Part shown: piece after piece, positions 1-11,324 of the stretch
How the letters are laid out: every line of letters starts with the position of its first letter
How positions within the stretch are numbered: position 1 is the first letter of the stretch
Assembly: GCF_963921235.1 (NCBI RefSeq)
Contig: NC_086108.1
Coordinates: forward strand, 87,484,001-87,548,000
From: Mobula hypostoma
Lineage: Eukaryota
Direction of reading: 5' to 3'
DNA: 64,000 nucleotides
Program-made: the position numbers and the translations under genes
Notes under the pieces: generated by a model
Told to the model about the DNA's origin: nothing
Databases searched by the model: none
The model's input: the letters and a program-made list of their open reading frames with translations, nothing else

Positions 1-211
1 CATCCTTGTAAATTTTCTCAGTACTCTTTCAACTTTGTTTACGTTTACATCCTGTAGGTAGGTGACCAAAACTGCACACGATACTCCAAATTAGGTCTCA
101 CCAATGTCTTATATAACTTACATGTAACGTCCTATGTCCTGCACTCAGTACTTTGATTTGTGAAGGACAATGTGCCAAAAGCTTTCTTTATGACCATATC
201 TACCTGTGACG
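1..211 (-). mobile_element. CR1-clade LINE fragment (ORF2 C-terminal region)
   Basis: Reverse complement resembles the RPHLEYCVQFWSP-type segment seen in other CR1 copies of this window. Confidence 0.7.
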
Positions 212-1811
212 TTCGACAATCAATGTCAGGCATGCATAAAAAGAGCTACCTTTCAATCGGGACAGCGATCGAGATTTAAAAGGCAGAGCTTCACGGCAGT
301 TTCTCTGAGTTGAGGAGCAACCAATCAGGAAGAGGGATTAATTAGAAAGGGCCAGTAGAAATAACTCAAGTGCCAGCAGAGAGGCCATTCTGTTGAGCGT
401 ACCAGTGTTTGGAGTGGCTTTGGCTCATCAGGTTTTGGCAAGGTAAAGTATTTGGTAAGTTTCTCTTCTTCTGTTCTTACTTGCTAGGGCACAGTAGTTT
501 ACTGAGAATTGCTCCTGGGGCAGTGTTTTGTTCTGTGTGTGGGATGTGGAAAGTCTAGGAGACCTCCAGTCACCCAGATTCACATCTGCACCAGGTGTGC
601 TGAGCTGAGAGAATGTATTATGGAGGTGGAGCTGCGACTCGATGACCTTTGACTTATAGTGGAGAATGAGGAGGTGGTAGACAGGAGCAGCCGAGAGGTA
701 GTCCTCCTAGATTGCAGGAGACAGGTAACTGGGTGACAGTCAGGAGAAGGCGGGCAAATGTGCAGCCAGTACAGAGTACACCTGAGTATTCCCCTCAATA
801 ATAAGTATACAACTTTAGATGCTGTTGAGGGGGATGACCAGCCAGAGGGGAGCCACAGTGACTGGGTCTCTGGCACTGAGTCTGGTGCTGTGGCTCAATA
901 CAGCGGAGAGGTGAAGATGACTGCAGTGTTGACAGAAAATTTCATAGAAACAAGATTCTGTGGGTGCCATAGAGGCACCTGGGTAGTATATTGTATACCA
1001 GGTGCCAGTGTCTGATTGTCTCGGATCGGGTCCATGGCATTCCCAAGCAGGAGGGTGAGCAGCCAGAAGTCTTGGTGCATATCGGCACCAGTGACATAAG
1101 TAGACAAGGTGAGGAGGTCCTGAAGAGAGATTTTAGGAAGTTAGGTAGAAAGCTGAGAAACAAAACCTTCAGGGTAGTAATCTCTGGATTTCTGACTGTG
1201 TCAGTGAGGGAAGAAGAAGAAGATGATCTGGCAAATGAATGTTTGGCTGAGGAACTGGAGCAGGGGGCAAGGGTTCAGACTTATGGATCTTTGGGATCTC
1301 ATCTGGGGAAGATACGATCTGTACAAAAGGGACAGGATACACCAGAACCAGGGGTGTTCCAAAATCCATGCAAGCAAGATGGTTAGAGTTGTTCAAGAGG
1401 GTTTAAATTTATTTGGCAGGGGGGATGGGAATCTGAGTGATAGTGCTGAAGATGATGTCGTTGGTTTACAGGGACAATATGTAGTGAGGGAAAAACTGCA
1501 GTCAACAGGATGAGTTGCAAAGTTAACTTTACTATGGAAGACACCAGTAGTCTGCCAGCTGTTGAAGGGTGCAGGGGTAGAAAAGAAAGTGCAGTTACTA
1601 TTACAAAGGAGAAAGTGCTGCTGAAAGATCTAAAGGCGCATAAGTCATCCAGACCAGATGAATTGTACCGTAGGGTTCTGAAAGAAGTGACGGTAGAGAT
1701 TGCAGAGGCATTAGTAATGATCTTTCGAAAATCATTGGTCAGTGTCACGGTTCCAGAGGACTGGAAATTGTAGATGTCGCTCTACTCTTTAAGAAAGGAA
1801 ATTATAGATCA

Positions 1812-1891
1812 CAAGTAAGAGAAAATCTGCAGATGCTTGGATTCCAAGCAACACACAAAATTATAGGGCCGAGACCCTGCAGCGGGACTGC
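1812..1891 (-). mobile_element. Penelope-like terminal fragment, internally deleted
   Basis: aaaatctgcagatgct...gcaacacacaaaa plus a remnant ggccgagaccc...ggactg; imperfect flanking duplication attatagatca/attttagatca inside the CR1. Confidence 0.6.
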
Positions 1892-2186
1892 ATTTTAGAT
1901 CAGTTAGACTAACCTCAGTGGTTGGGAAGATGTTGGAGTCAATTGTTAAGGATGAGGTTAAGGAGTACTTGGTGACACAGGACAAGATAGGACAAAGTCA
2001 ACATGGTTTCCTTCAGGGATAATTTGCCTGACAAACCTATTGATATTCTTTGAGAAGATTACAAATAGGGTAAATAAAGGGGATGGAGTATATAACAGGA
2101 ATTCTGCAGATGCTGGAAATTCAAGCAACACACATCAAAGTTGCTGGTGAACGCAGCAGGCCAGGCAGCATCTATAGGAAGAGGCG

Positions 2187-2224
2187 CAGTCGACGTTTCA
2201 GGCCGAGACCCTTCGTCAGGACTA
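2187..2224 (-). ncRNA. Minimal type I hammerhead ribozyme motif (mirror copy)
   Basis: Minus strand reads UAGUC-CUGACGA-AGGGUCUCGGCCU-GAAAC-GUC^GACUG with an intact core. Confidence 0.75.
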
Positions 2225-2228
2225 ACGT

Positions 2229-2266
2229 TAGTCCTGAGGAAGGGTCTCGGCCTGAAACGTCGACTG
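2229..2266 (+). ncRNA. Minimal type I hammerhead ribozyme motif (PLE type)
   Basis: UAGUC-CUGAGGA-AGG(gucucgg)CCU-GAAAC-GUC^GACUG: conserved core CUGANGA/GAAA/GUC, stem I UAGUC:GACUG, predicted cleavage after 2261. Confidence 0.75.
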
Positions 2267-3539
2267 CGCCTCTTCCTATAGATGCTGCCTGGCCTGCTGC
2301 GTTCACCAGCAACTTTGATGTGTGTTGTTGGGATGGAGTATATTTTGGTTTGCACAAGGCCTTTGATAAGGTAACCTATATGAGGCTGCTTATGAAGTTA
2401 AGAGCCTATGGTATTGCAGGAAAGTTACTAACATGGTTAGAGCCTTGGCTGATTGGTAGGAGACAGCAAGTGGGAATAAAAGGATACTTTTCTGGTTGGC
2501 TGCCAGTTACTAGTGGTGTTCCACAGGGTTCGGTTTTGGGACCACATCTTTTTATGCTGTATGTCAATGATTCAGATGATGGAATAGATGGCTTTGTTGC
2601 CAAGTTTGCAGATAATATGAAGATTTGTTGAGGGGCAGGTAGTGTTGCGGAAACAGGTAGGCTGCAGAAGGACTTAGACAGATTAGGAGAATGGGCAAGA
2701 AAGTGGCAAATAAAATACAATGTTGGGAAATGCATGGTCATGCACTTTGGTAGAAGAAATAAATGTGCAAACTATTTTCTAAACAGGAAAAAAATCCAAA
2801 AATCGAATTTGGATTGTGAGTGCTTGTGCAGAATACCTTAAAGGTTAACTTGCAGGTTGAGTCATTGGTGAGGAAGGCAAATGCAATGCATGTTAGCATT
2901 CATTTCAAGAGGTCTAGAATATAAGAGCAGGGATGTGATGCTGGGGCTTTATAAGGCACTGGTGAAGCCTCACCTTGAGTATTGTGAACAGTTTTGGGCT
3001 CCTCATCTAAGAAAAGATGTACTGGCATTGAGAGGGTTCCGAGGAGTTTCACAAGGATGATTCCAGGATTGAGAGCGTTATATGAGGAACATTTGATGGC
3101 TTTGGGCTTTTTCTCACTGGAATTTAGAAGGATGGGGTGGGGGGCGGGGGGGATCTCCTTGAAACCGTTCGAATGTTGAAAGGCCTAGACAGAGTAGATG
3201 TGGAAAAGGAAGTCTAGGACAAGAGAACACAGCTTCAGGATAGAGAAGCGTCCATTTAAAACAGAGATGCAGAGAAATTTCTTTAGCCAGAGGGTGTGGA
3301 ATTTGTTACCACAGGCAACTGTGGAGGCCAAGTTGTTGGATGTATTTAAAGCAGAGCTTGATGAGTTCTTGATTGGCCATGGCATCAAAGGTTATGGCGA
3401 GAATGCTAGGGAGAGGGGCTGAGGAGGGAAAAAGGATCAGCCATGATTTTATTGTCGAGCAGACTCGATAGGCCAAATGGCCTAAATCTGCTCCTATGCC
3501 TTATGGTAAAAATCAGACAAAATCAAAGAGGATGAATAC

Positions 3540-4310
3540 ATGACTGGAGTTCTTATATACGGAATAAGGTAGATGAACTTGTAGCACAGTTACAGATTGG
3601 CATGTATGTGATTGCAGGCATCAATGAAGCATGGCTGAAAGAAGATTATAGCTGGGAGCTTAATGACCAAGGATACACAGTGTATCAAAGGGACAGGCAG
3701 GAAGGCAGGCAATGGGATCTTGCTCTGTTGGTAGAAAATGAAAGATGTTGAATCGTTGTGGATACAGCTAAGGAACTACAAGGGTAAAAAGATCCTGATG
3801 AGAGTTGTATACAGACCTCGAAACAGTAGTAGAGATGTGGTCTACAAATTACAACAGGAGATAGAAAATGCATACCAAAAGGGCAATGTTACAATAGACA
3901 TGGGGGATTTTAATATGCAGGTAGATTGTGAAAATCGGGTTGGTGCGGGATTCCAAGAGGGGCAATTTCTAGAATGCCTACGAAATGGCATTTTAGAGCA
4001 GCTTGTCATTGAGCCCACTGGTGGAGTAGCAATTCTGGATTGGGTGTTGTGAAATGAACCAGAACTGATAAGAGACTTTAAGGTAAAAGAACCCTGAGGG
4101 ACAAATGATCATAATGTGAAATTTCAGGAGGAGAAGCTAAAGTCAAATGTATCAGTATTACAGTGGAGTAAAGGGAATTACAGGGGCATGATAGAGGAGT
4201 TGGCCAGAATTGATTGGAAAGAACACAGGCAGGGATGATGGCAGAGCAGCAATAGCTGGAATTTCTGGAAGAAATTCGGAAGGCACAGGATATATAAATC
4301 CCATAGAGAG
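3540..4310 (+). mobile_element. CR1 ORF2 AP-endonuclease fragment
   Basis: VESLWIQLRNYKGKKILMRVVYRP, MGDFN, ILDWVL motifs (ORF 3738..4052). Confidence 0.8.
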
Positions 4311-4314
4311 ATTG

Positions 4315-4560
4315 CCTCTCCTGCCCCCTTCTTTCTTCTGTGGCCTTCTGCCTCCTTCAACAATCAACTTCCTGGCTCTTTACTTCATCTCTCCCCCTCC
4401 AAGTTTCAGCTATCGCCTAGTGTTTCTCTCTCCCCTCTCCTCATCTTTCAAATCTACCCCCAAGACCTGCCGAAGGGTTTCGGCCCGAAACGTCAACTGT
4501 ACTGTTTTATATAACACTGCCTGGCTTTCTGAGTCCCTCCAGCATTTTGTGTGTGTTGCT
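4315..4560 (+). mobile_element. Penelope-like 3' end with degenerate hammerhead (4462-4499)
   Basis: Pyrimidine-rich tract, then ctgccgaagggtttcggcccgaaacgtcaactg (core A6 changed to C), then ccagcattttgtgtgtgttgct. Confidence 0.75.
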
Positions 4561-4667
4561 CACACTCTCTCTAGTTTTGACCTCTATGTAGATGTGAACT
4601 TCTCACTATTCAGGACATTTACAAAGACAGGTAAGCAAAAAGGGCCTGAAGGTTCATTGGTGACCCA

Positions 4668-4967
4668 AGTGATCCCGACCACCACAAACTGGTCCAATTG
4701 CTACCGTCCGGGAAATGGTACCACAGCATAAAAGCAAGAACCAACTATCTCTGGGACAGCTTCCTCCACTAGGCCAAAAGACTGATTAATTCATACTGAA
4801 GCAAATGTATTTCTATGTTATATTGACTATCCTGTTGTACATACTATTTATTATAAATTATTATAATTGCTTATTGCACACTTGAACGGAGACGTAATAT
4901 AAAGATGTTTACTCCTCATATATTTGAAGGATGTAAGTAATAAAGTCAATTCAATTCAATTCAATTC
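4668..4967 (+). mobile_element. Rex-Babar LINE 3' end with (CAATT)n tail
   Basis: LLPSGKWYHSIKARTN-like remnant, AATAAA then caattcaattcaattc; same family as 53885-54438. Confidence 0.7.
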
Positions 4968-5911
4968 ACAGATGCTGTGTGACCTTCTGATTATTTCCAG
5001 CATTTTCTGTTTTTTAGTTGAGAGGGTAGATTCTATCTGGTCCCATGTCAATTATACTGCTCCTATCAGTACTTTCAGTCTTGTAGCCCATCTGGTTTTA
5101 GACTAATTTCCAAATGCTGTGCTTTCTTTTCTTTCCAACAGTTGCTGAATAGTTTCTCATTTGTCTTATTCTTTCTGGAAATGCTGACTGATAACAGCAT
5201 CTCCTGAACTCAGCTATCTATCTTGGGAGCCAGCCAACTTCACCTGATGACTTGATTTAATTTGCTTGAGCTTATTCCTGCGTGAAGGCTTTTTTCCCCT
5301 TCCAAAGACATTAAATTATCAGCCATATGTCCTGTAATTTCTGAAATATACCTTTCACTCTTTGAGAATTTGCAAAGTAGCATCTTAATCTCCCTTCATT
5401 CCTCAGGCAGTTTTATGTAGCTCTCAATACTCTGATTCCTATAGTCACCTTGATCAAGGCTGCTGTCTGTAACTCTCATCTGCAAATTATTCCATGATGA
5501 CTCCCCAAACAATGGTCTGCTCAAGTTTCAGTGAACCCTGGTGCCTTCTGGATATTCTTGTGGATCAAGAGTATAATTCTATCAAATACACAGTTCTTTA
5601 ATCGAAGTAACTATCCTACAACTGCCATTGCATGGACATTGCCCATATACAGAGGAGGCAAATGAAAGTAACTGTGCTTGCTAGGTAGGCACACGACTCT
5701 GAGTGTGGCTTCTGAATATGTGTACACCATTGTCTTGATCCTTCTCAGCAAAAAGGTGATAGAAATATGTTAAATACAACATCCCAAGTTGAATTTAGTG
5801 TCCTTAGAAGAGACCGTGTCAACAATTGACACAATGACACCTCACATCTCCAGCCCTAATACCACCAGCTAAACCATTTCCCCCTCTATGGTTATCATTA
5901 TCTATTTTATG

Positions 5912-6026
5912 GAGAGATACAGCGCCCGATAACCGGCCCTCCCGGCCCAATGAGCCCGCACTGCCCGATGACACCCATGTGACCAATTCACCTACTAACT
6001 CACAGTTCTTTGGAATGTGAGAGAAA
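5912..6026 (-). mobile_element. HE1-like V-SINE, 3' half (5' half continues at about 10861-10940)
   Basis: Recalled V-SINE domain (gaccaatt...tttggaatgtgagagaaa) resumes as gtggttacgggcagaacatagaaagttcttacagacagc after the nested LINE. Confidence 0.6.
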
Positions 6027-6527
6027 GAGGACCATGTCCAAGACCGGAAGAAGCTGCAGAAGATCGTGAACACGGCGCAGCACATCACACAAACCAATCT
6101 TCCATCCTTGGACTCACTTTACACCGCACGCTGTCGGAGCAGTGCTAATCAAGGACACAATCCACTCAGCCAACACACTTTTCGTCCCTCTTCCCTCTGG
6201 GAGAAGGCTCAGGAGCTTGAAGAATCATACGGCCAGATTTGGGACCAGCTTCTTTCCAACTGTGATAAGACTGCTGAACGGATCCTGACCCGGATCTGGG
6301 CCGTACCCTCCAAATATCCGGACCTGCCTCCCGGTTTTTTTTTGCACTACTGTAGCGGTGTGCTACACACAGCGCTAGAATAACGACATGTAGTCGGTGA
6401 TTTGGAGTTGCGATAAAAGAGATTTATTCAAACTTTGCGGCCTCCTTTAAAGCCTTCCCGTTCCCGCCCTCCCTAGGTGGGACTGCTGTGGGGAATGCAT
6501 ATTCGCAGACCCTTTCCACGCGCAGGA

Positions 6528-9500
6528 TTATCCCCCTGCTGGTGAAGATGGCCTGGCCTTTTTGGGGCCGGCCTCTGTGCCGGCGCGCACCGTTTCGTGA
6601 GCCAGGAAGTGGGTCGCCACATAACCGCCCACCCCAGAACCGGCGATACGTCCCCCAATGTCCACAGTCTGGATCGGCCTCTGTTTGGGAGGTCTGCCCC
6701 TGCGCCGCCGTGCCTGAGCCTGGACCGGTTGCGCCAAGTCCACATGGGCCGGTTTGAGTCGGTCCACCATGAAAACCTCCTCTCTCCCCCCAATGTCCAG
6801 CACGAACGTGGACCCGTTGTTCCTGATCACCTTAAACGGCCCCCCGTAGGGCCGCTGTAGCGGTGCCCGGTGTCCGCCCCATCTTACAAAAAGAAACTTA
6901 CAGTTCTGCAGGTCTTTGGGTACGCAGGTCGGGCTCTGTCTGTGCTGTGAAGTGGGTATGGGGGCCAGGTTACCGAGCCTCTCCCGTAGTCTGTCCAGGA
7001 CTGCTGCGGGTTCTTCCTCTTGCCCCCTTGGGGCCGGTATGAACTCTCCTGGGACGACCAGGGGCGCGCCGTACACCAACTCGGCCGACAAGGTGTGCAG
7101 ATCCTCCTTGGGCGCCATGCGGATTCCGAGCAGGACCCAGGGAAGTTCGTCCACCCAGTTAGGCCCCTCCAGGCGGGCCATGAGAGCCGATTTCAGGTGA
7201 TGGTGGAAGCACTCCACTAGTCCGTTCGACTGTGGGTGGTAGGCAGTTTTGTGGTGTAGCTGAGATCCTAAAAGGCTGGCCATAGCCGACCACAGGCTGG
7301 AGGTGAACTGGGCGCCCCTGTCGGAGGTAATGTGGGCCGGTACCCCAAAGCGTGCTACCCAGGTTGCTATCGGTGCTCAGGCACAGGATTCGGAGGTAGT
7401 GTCAGTGAGCGGGACTGCCTCTGGCCATCTGGTGAACCGGTCTATCATCGTTAGGAGGTACCGTGCTCCTCGCGACACTGGCAGGGGTCCCACGATATCC
7501 ACATGAATGTGGTCGAACCTCCGGCGGGTGGGTTCGAACTGCTGCGTCGGAGCCTTGGTGTGCCGCTGCACCTTGGCCGTTTGGCACTGCATGCACGTTT
7601 TGGCCCATTCACTGGCCTGTTTACGAAGTCCATGCCACACGAACCTGTTGGAGACCAACCAGATGGTTGTTCTGATGGAGGGGTGCGCTAAGTTGTGAAT
7701 GGACTCGAAAAATCGCCGCCGCCAGGCTGCTGGGACGACGGGGCGGGGTTGGCCGGTAGCTACGTCACACAGTAGGGTCCTCTCACCTGGGCCTACGGGG
7801 AGGTCTTGAAGCTGTAAACCGGAGACTGCAGTCCTGTAACTGGGGATCTCAGTGTCTGCCTGCTGTGCCTCTGCCAGCGCTGCATAGCCCACCCCCTGGG
7901 ACAGGGCCTGTATGGTAGGTCTGGATAGTGCGTCTGCCACGACGTTGTTCTTTCCAGAGACATGCCGGATGTCCGTCGTGTACTCGGAGATGTAGGACAG
8001 ATGTCGCTGCTGGCGGGACGACCAGGGGTCGGACACCTTAGTGAACGCAAAGGTAAGCGGTTTGTGGTCTGTGAACGCGGTGAAGGGCCTACCTTCTAAG
8101 AAGTACCTGAAATGCCGGATTGCCAGGTATAGTGCCAATATCTCCCAGTCGAAAGCACTGTATTTGAGTTCGGGTGGTCGTATGTGTTTGCTGAAGAACG
8201 CCAGGGGTTGCCAGCGACCCTCGATGAGTTGTTCCAGCACTCCACCGACTGCTGTGTTGGATGCGTCCACCATGAGGGCAGTAGGAACGTCCGTTCTGGG
8301 GTGCACTAGCATCGCGGCGTTTGCCAAGGCTTCTTTGGTTTTAACGAAAGCGGCTGCGGCCTCTTCGTCCCAGGTAATGTCCTTGCCCTTACCCGACATC
8401 AGGGTGAACAGGGGGTGCATGATTCGGGCTGCTGAGAGGAGGAAACGGTGGTAGAAATTCACCATACCCACGAATTCCTGCAGGCCTTTGATTGTGTTGG
8501 GTCGGGGGAAGTGACGGACCGCGTCTACCTTGGCGGGCAGAGGGGTTGCCCGGTCTTTAGTAATCCTGTGGCCCAGGAAGTTGATGGTGTCAAGTCTGAA
8601 CTGGCATTTGGCTGGGTTGATTGTAAGGCCGAATTCGCTCAGTCGGGAGTAGAGTTGATGGAGGTGGGACAGATGCTCCTGACGACTACTGCTGGCTGTG
8701 AGGATGTTGTCAAAATAGATGAATGCAAAGTCCAGGTCGCGTCCCACCATGTCCATTAGCCACTGGAACGTCTGTGCGGCATTCTTTACGCCGAATGGCA
8801 TTCGGAGGAATTCGAAAAGGCCGAACGGGGTGATAAGTGCTGTTTTGGGGATGTTGTCCGGATGTACCGGGATTTGATGGTATCCCCGGACAAGGCCTAC
8901 CTTGGAAAAGATCCTTGCGCCGTGTAGGTTTGCTGTGAAGTCTCAAGACTGTGCGGCACAGGGTAGCGGTCTGGCGTTGTAGCCATGTTCAGTCTGCGGT
9001 AGTCGCCGCATTGTCTCTAGCCCCCCATTGCCTTGGGCACCATGTGCAGGGGGGAGGCCCATGGGCTGTCGGACCATCGTATGATCCCCAATTCCTCCAT
9101 CTTCTTGAACTCCTCCTTCGCCAGTCGGAGCTTGTCCGGGGGAAGCCTTCGAGCATGGGCGTGGAGGGGTGGTCCCTGGGTCGGGATGTGGTGCTGTACT
9201 CCGTGTCTGGGCATGGCTGCCGTGAACTGCGGTGTCAGAACTGATGGGAAATCCGCCAGGACCCTGGTGAATTCGTCGTTGGACAGCGTGATGGAGTCCA
9301 GATGTGGGGCTGGCAACTTGCTTCACCCAGGCAGAACGTTTGAAAAGTCTTGGCGTGGACTAGTCGCTTCCCTTGCAGGTCGACCAGCAGGCTGTGGGCT
9401 CGCAGAAAATCCGTCCCCAGGAGTGGTTGGACCACGGCGGCCAGTGTGAAGTCCCACGTGAACTGGCTGGAGCAGAACTGTAGCTGCACCGTGCAGTGCC

Positions 9501-10356
9501 GTAGGTTCGTATTGTGCTGCCATTTGCGGCCCTCAGGGTGGGTCCCGATTCTCTGTTGCGGGTGTCGTAACTCGTTGGAGGTAAAACGCTGATCTCCGCT
9601 CCGGTGTCCACCAAAAAGCGGCGTCTCGACTGCTTGTCCCAGAAATACAGGAGGCTGTCACGATGGCCAGCCGCCGTAGCCATCAGCGGCGGCTGGGCCT
9701 TGGCATTTCCCAAGAATTTGCAGGGTGGTCTACAGCAGCGGGCCTCTGTGCCCCACTGCTGGTGGTAGAAGCACCATTGTTCGTTGGGCTCTGCTGCCGG
9801 GCCTGGTCTGGTCTGTCGTTGGGCACACGGTTTGGTGATCTGTGTGACGGACGCCCCTCTCCTTCTTGGCATTCCACAGCACATCCACCTGGGCCGCCAC
9901 CTCCCGGGGGTCACTGAAATCTGTGTCGGATAGCAGCAGGCATATGTCCTCGGGTAGTTGCTCTAGGAACGCCTGCTCAAACATGAGGCAGAGTTTGTGT
10001 CCTTCAGCCAGGGCCAGCATTTCGTTCATCAATGCCGAAGGCGGCCTGTCTCCCAAACCATCCAGGTGCAGTAAGCGGGCAGCTCGCTCGCGCCGTGGGA
10101 GTCCAAAAGTCCTTATGAGCAGGGCTTTGAATGCTGTGTATTTGCCGTCCTCCGGGGGCGACTGTATTAACTCCTCAACTTATGCAGCTGTCTCCTAGTC
10201 GAGGGAGCTCACCACGTAGTAGTAATGAGTGGAATCCGAGGTAATCTGCCGAATGTGGAATTGTGCTTCTGCTTGTTCGAACCACAAGTGGGATTGCAGC
10301 GTCCAGAAGCTTGGCAGTTTTAATGAAACTGCGTGAACAAATGCGGCGTCGGTCAT
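6528..10356 (-). pseudogene. Gypsy gag-pol polyprotein, disrupted
   Basis: gag KLPSFW..WFEQAEAQF; protease FLVDTGAE; RT MPFGVKNAAQTFQ with catalytic YxDD changed to YFDN; RNase H VDAS/TDHKPL/NVVADALSR; integrase HHCC, HVDIVG, NGLVE, GPF. Several stops and frameshifts (first stop at 10195-10197). Confidence 0.93.
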
Positions 10357-10380
10357 CTCTGGTCCAAATATCATTTGGGC

Positions 10381-10394
10381 CGTCGGGGTCACCA
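10381..10394 (-). promoter_or_regulatory. Primer-binding site, tRNA-Trp type
   Basis: TGGTGACCCCGACG 2 nt inside the 5' LTR; matches the first 14 nt of the known tRNA-Trp PBS TGGTGACCCCGACGTGAT. Confidence 0.85.
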
Positions 10395-11159
10395 ATTGTA
10401 GCGGTGTGCTACACACAGCACTCGAATAACCACACGTAGTCGGTGAGTTGGAGTTGCGATAAAAGAGATTTATTCAAACTTTGCAGCCTCCTTTAAAGCC
10501 TTCCCGTTCCCGCCCTCCCTAGGTGGGACTGCTGTGGGGAATGCATATTCCCAGACCCTTTCCACGCATGGGATTTTCCCCCGCTGGTGAAGACGGCCTG
10601 GCGCCCTTTTTGGGGCCGGCCTCTCCGCCGGCGCACGCCAGTTCATGAGCCGGTTCGAGTGTGCTAGAAAGTGGGTCGCCACACTACCTTACTTTCCATT
10701 TTTCTATTTTCTATTTACAAACTATAATTTAAATTTTTAATATTTACTATTTAATATTTAATTTTTGTAATTCAGGGAGCGGGAAGCGCAGAATCAAATA
10801 TCGCTGTGATGATTGTACGTGTTAGTATCAATTGTTTGGCGACAATAAAGTGTAAAGTATGTGGTTACGGGCAGAACATAGAAAGTTCTTACAGACAGCA
10901 GAACAGTCTCTGGCACTGTAAACCAACTGCTCTGCTGCCACTCATCCTCAAATGGATTCTGTTTGTCTGGAAGGCCAACTTGGCACGGTCTGTGTCCGAC
11001 ATGAATGCACACTGAGCAAGCTCCCTGAAGGTTCTCACGCATCCCTGCCATCCATACCATGGATGTTCTTGCACATCCTGGGTCTTGAGATTCACAACAG
11101 AAACAGTACCCGTCTCCTTTTCCCCTCACAAGCAGGAACTTCCCAAACTCAAGGTCAGT

Positions 11160-11324
11160 TTCTTTTTTGCTTTCTCTTTTGCACTACTACTTGATTTAAT
11201 TTTTATATATTTCTTATTGTAATCTACATTTTTATTATTATGTATTGCATTGTACTGCTGCCACAAAATAACAAATTTCACGACACATGCCAGTGATATT
11301 AAACCCGATTCTGATTCTGATTCT
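11160..11324 (+). mobile_element. LINE 3' UTR fragment with (ATTCTG)n tail
   Basis: aaatttcacgacacatgccagtgatattaaacccgattctgattctgattctg, a typical microsatellite-tailed LINE end. Confidence 0.55.

Larger units (their letters stand above)
2094..2329 (-). mobile_element. Penelope-like fold-back insertion (inverted pseudo-LTR ends, 101-bp arms, no spacer)
   Basis: 2126-2226 is the reverse complement of 2227-2327 with 1 mismatch; unpaired 32-nt tail 2094-2125; 14-bp TSD gggatggagtatat (2080-2093 / 2330-2343) interrupting the CR1 RT. Confidence 0.85.
212..3507 (+). mobile_element. CR1-clade LINE, degraded: 5' UTR, ORF1 (CxxC plus SGNH esterase) and ORF2 RT/C-terminus; endonuclease region missing; two PLE insertions
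   Basis: ORF1 motifs CIPGA, VLVHIGTSD, WDLIWGRYDLYKRDRIH; RT motifs KAFDKV, GVPQGSVLGP, KFADN; 3' end ctgctcctatgccttatggt. Many stops and frameshifts. Confidence 0.85.
6351..10683 (-). mobile_element. Complete Gypsy/Ty3 LTR retrotransposon (about 4.3 kb), inactivated
   Basis: LTRs 10397-10683 (5') and 6351-6621 (3'), TG...CA termini, 4-bp TSD CTAC (6347-6350 / 10684-10687); domain order gag-PR-RT-RH-IN. Confidence 0.96.
6033..10860 (+). mobile_element. Rex-Babar LINE 3' fragment (6033-6350 plus 10684-10860) split by the Gypsy element
   Basis: AQHITQTNLPSLDSLYTARCRSSA...; highly similar to the uninterrupted copy 25545-26366, including the 3' UTR and aaagtgtaaagta tail. Confidence 0.85.

Noticed and set aside
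2059..2631. ORFs on both strands sharing the peptide THIKVAGERSRPGSIYRKRRSRRFRPRPF (also at 38706-39432)
   Set aside because: Artefact of the PLE palindromes reading identically on both strands, partly fused in frame with CR1 RT; not a gene.
4210..4731. 173-aa ORF
   Set aside because: Spans CR1, PLE and Rex-Babar fragments; low complexity, no coherent domain.
7377..8801. 474-aa RT/RNase H/integrase ORF as an active or domesticated gene
   Set aside because: Catalytic YxDD is YFDN and the flanking gag-pol has stops and frameshifts.
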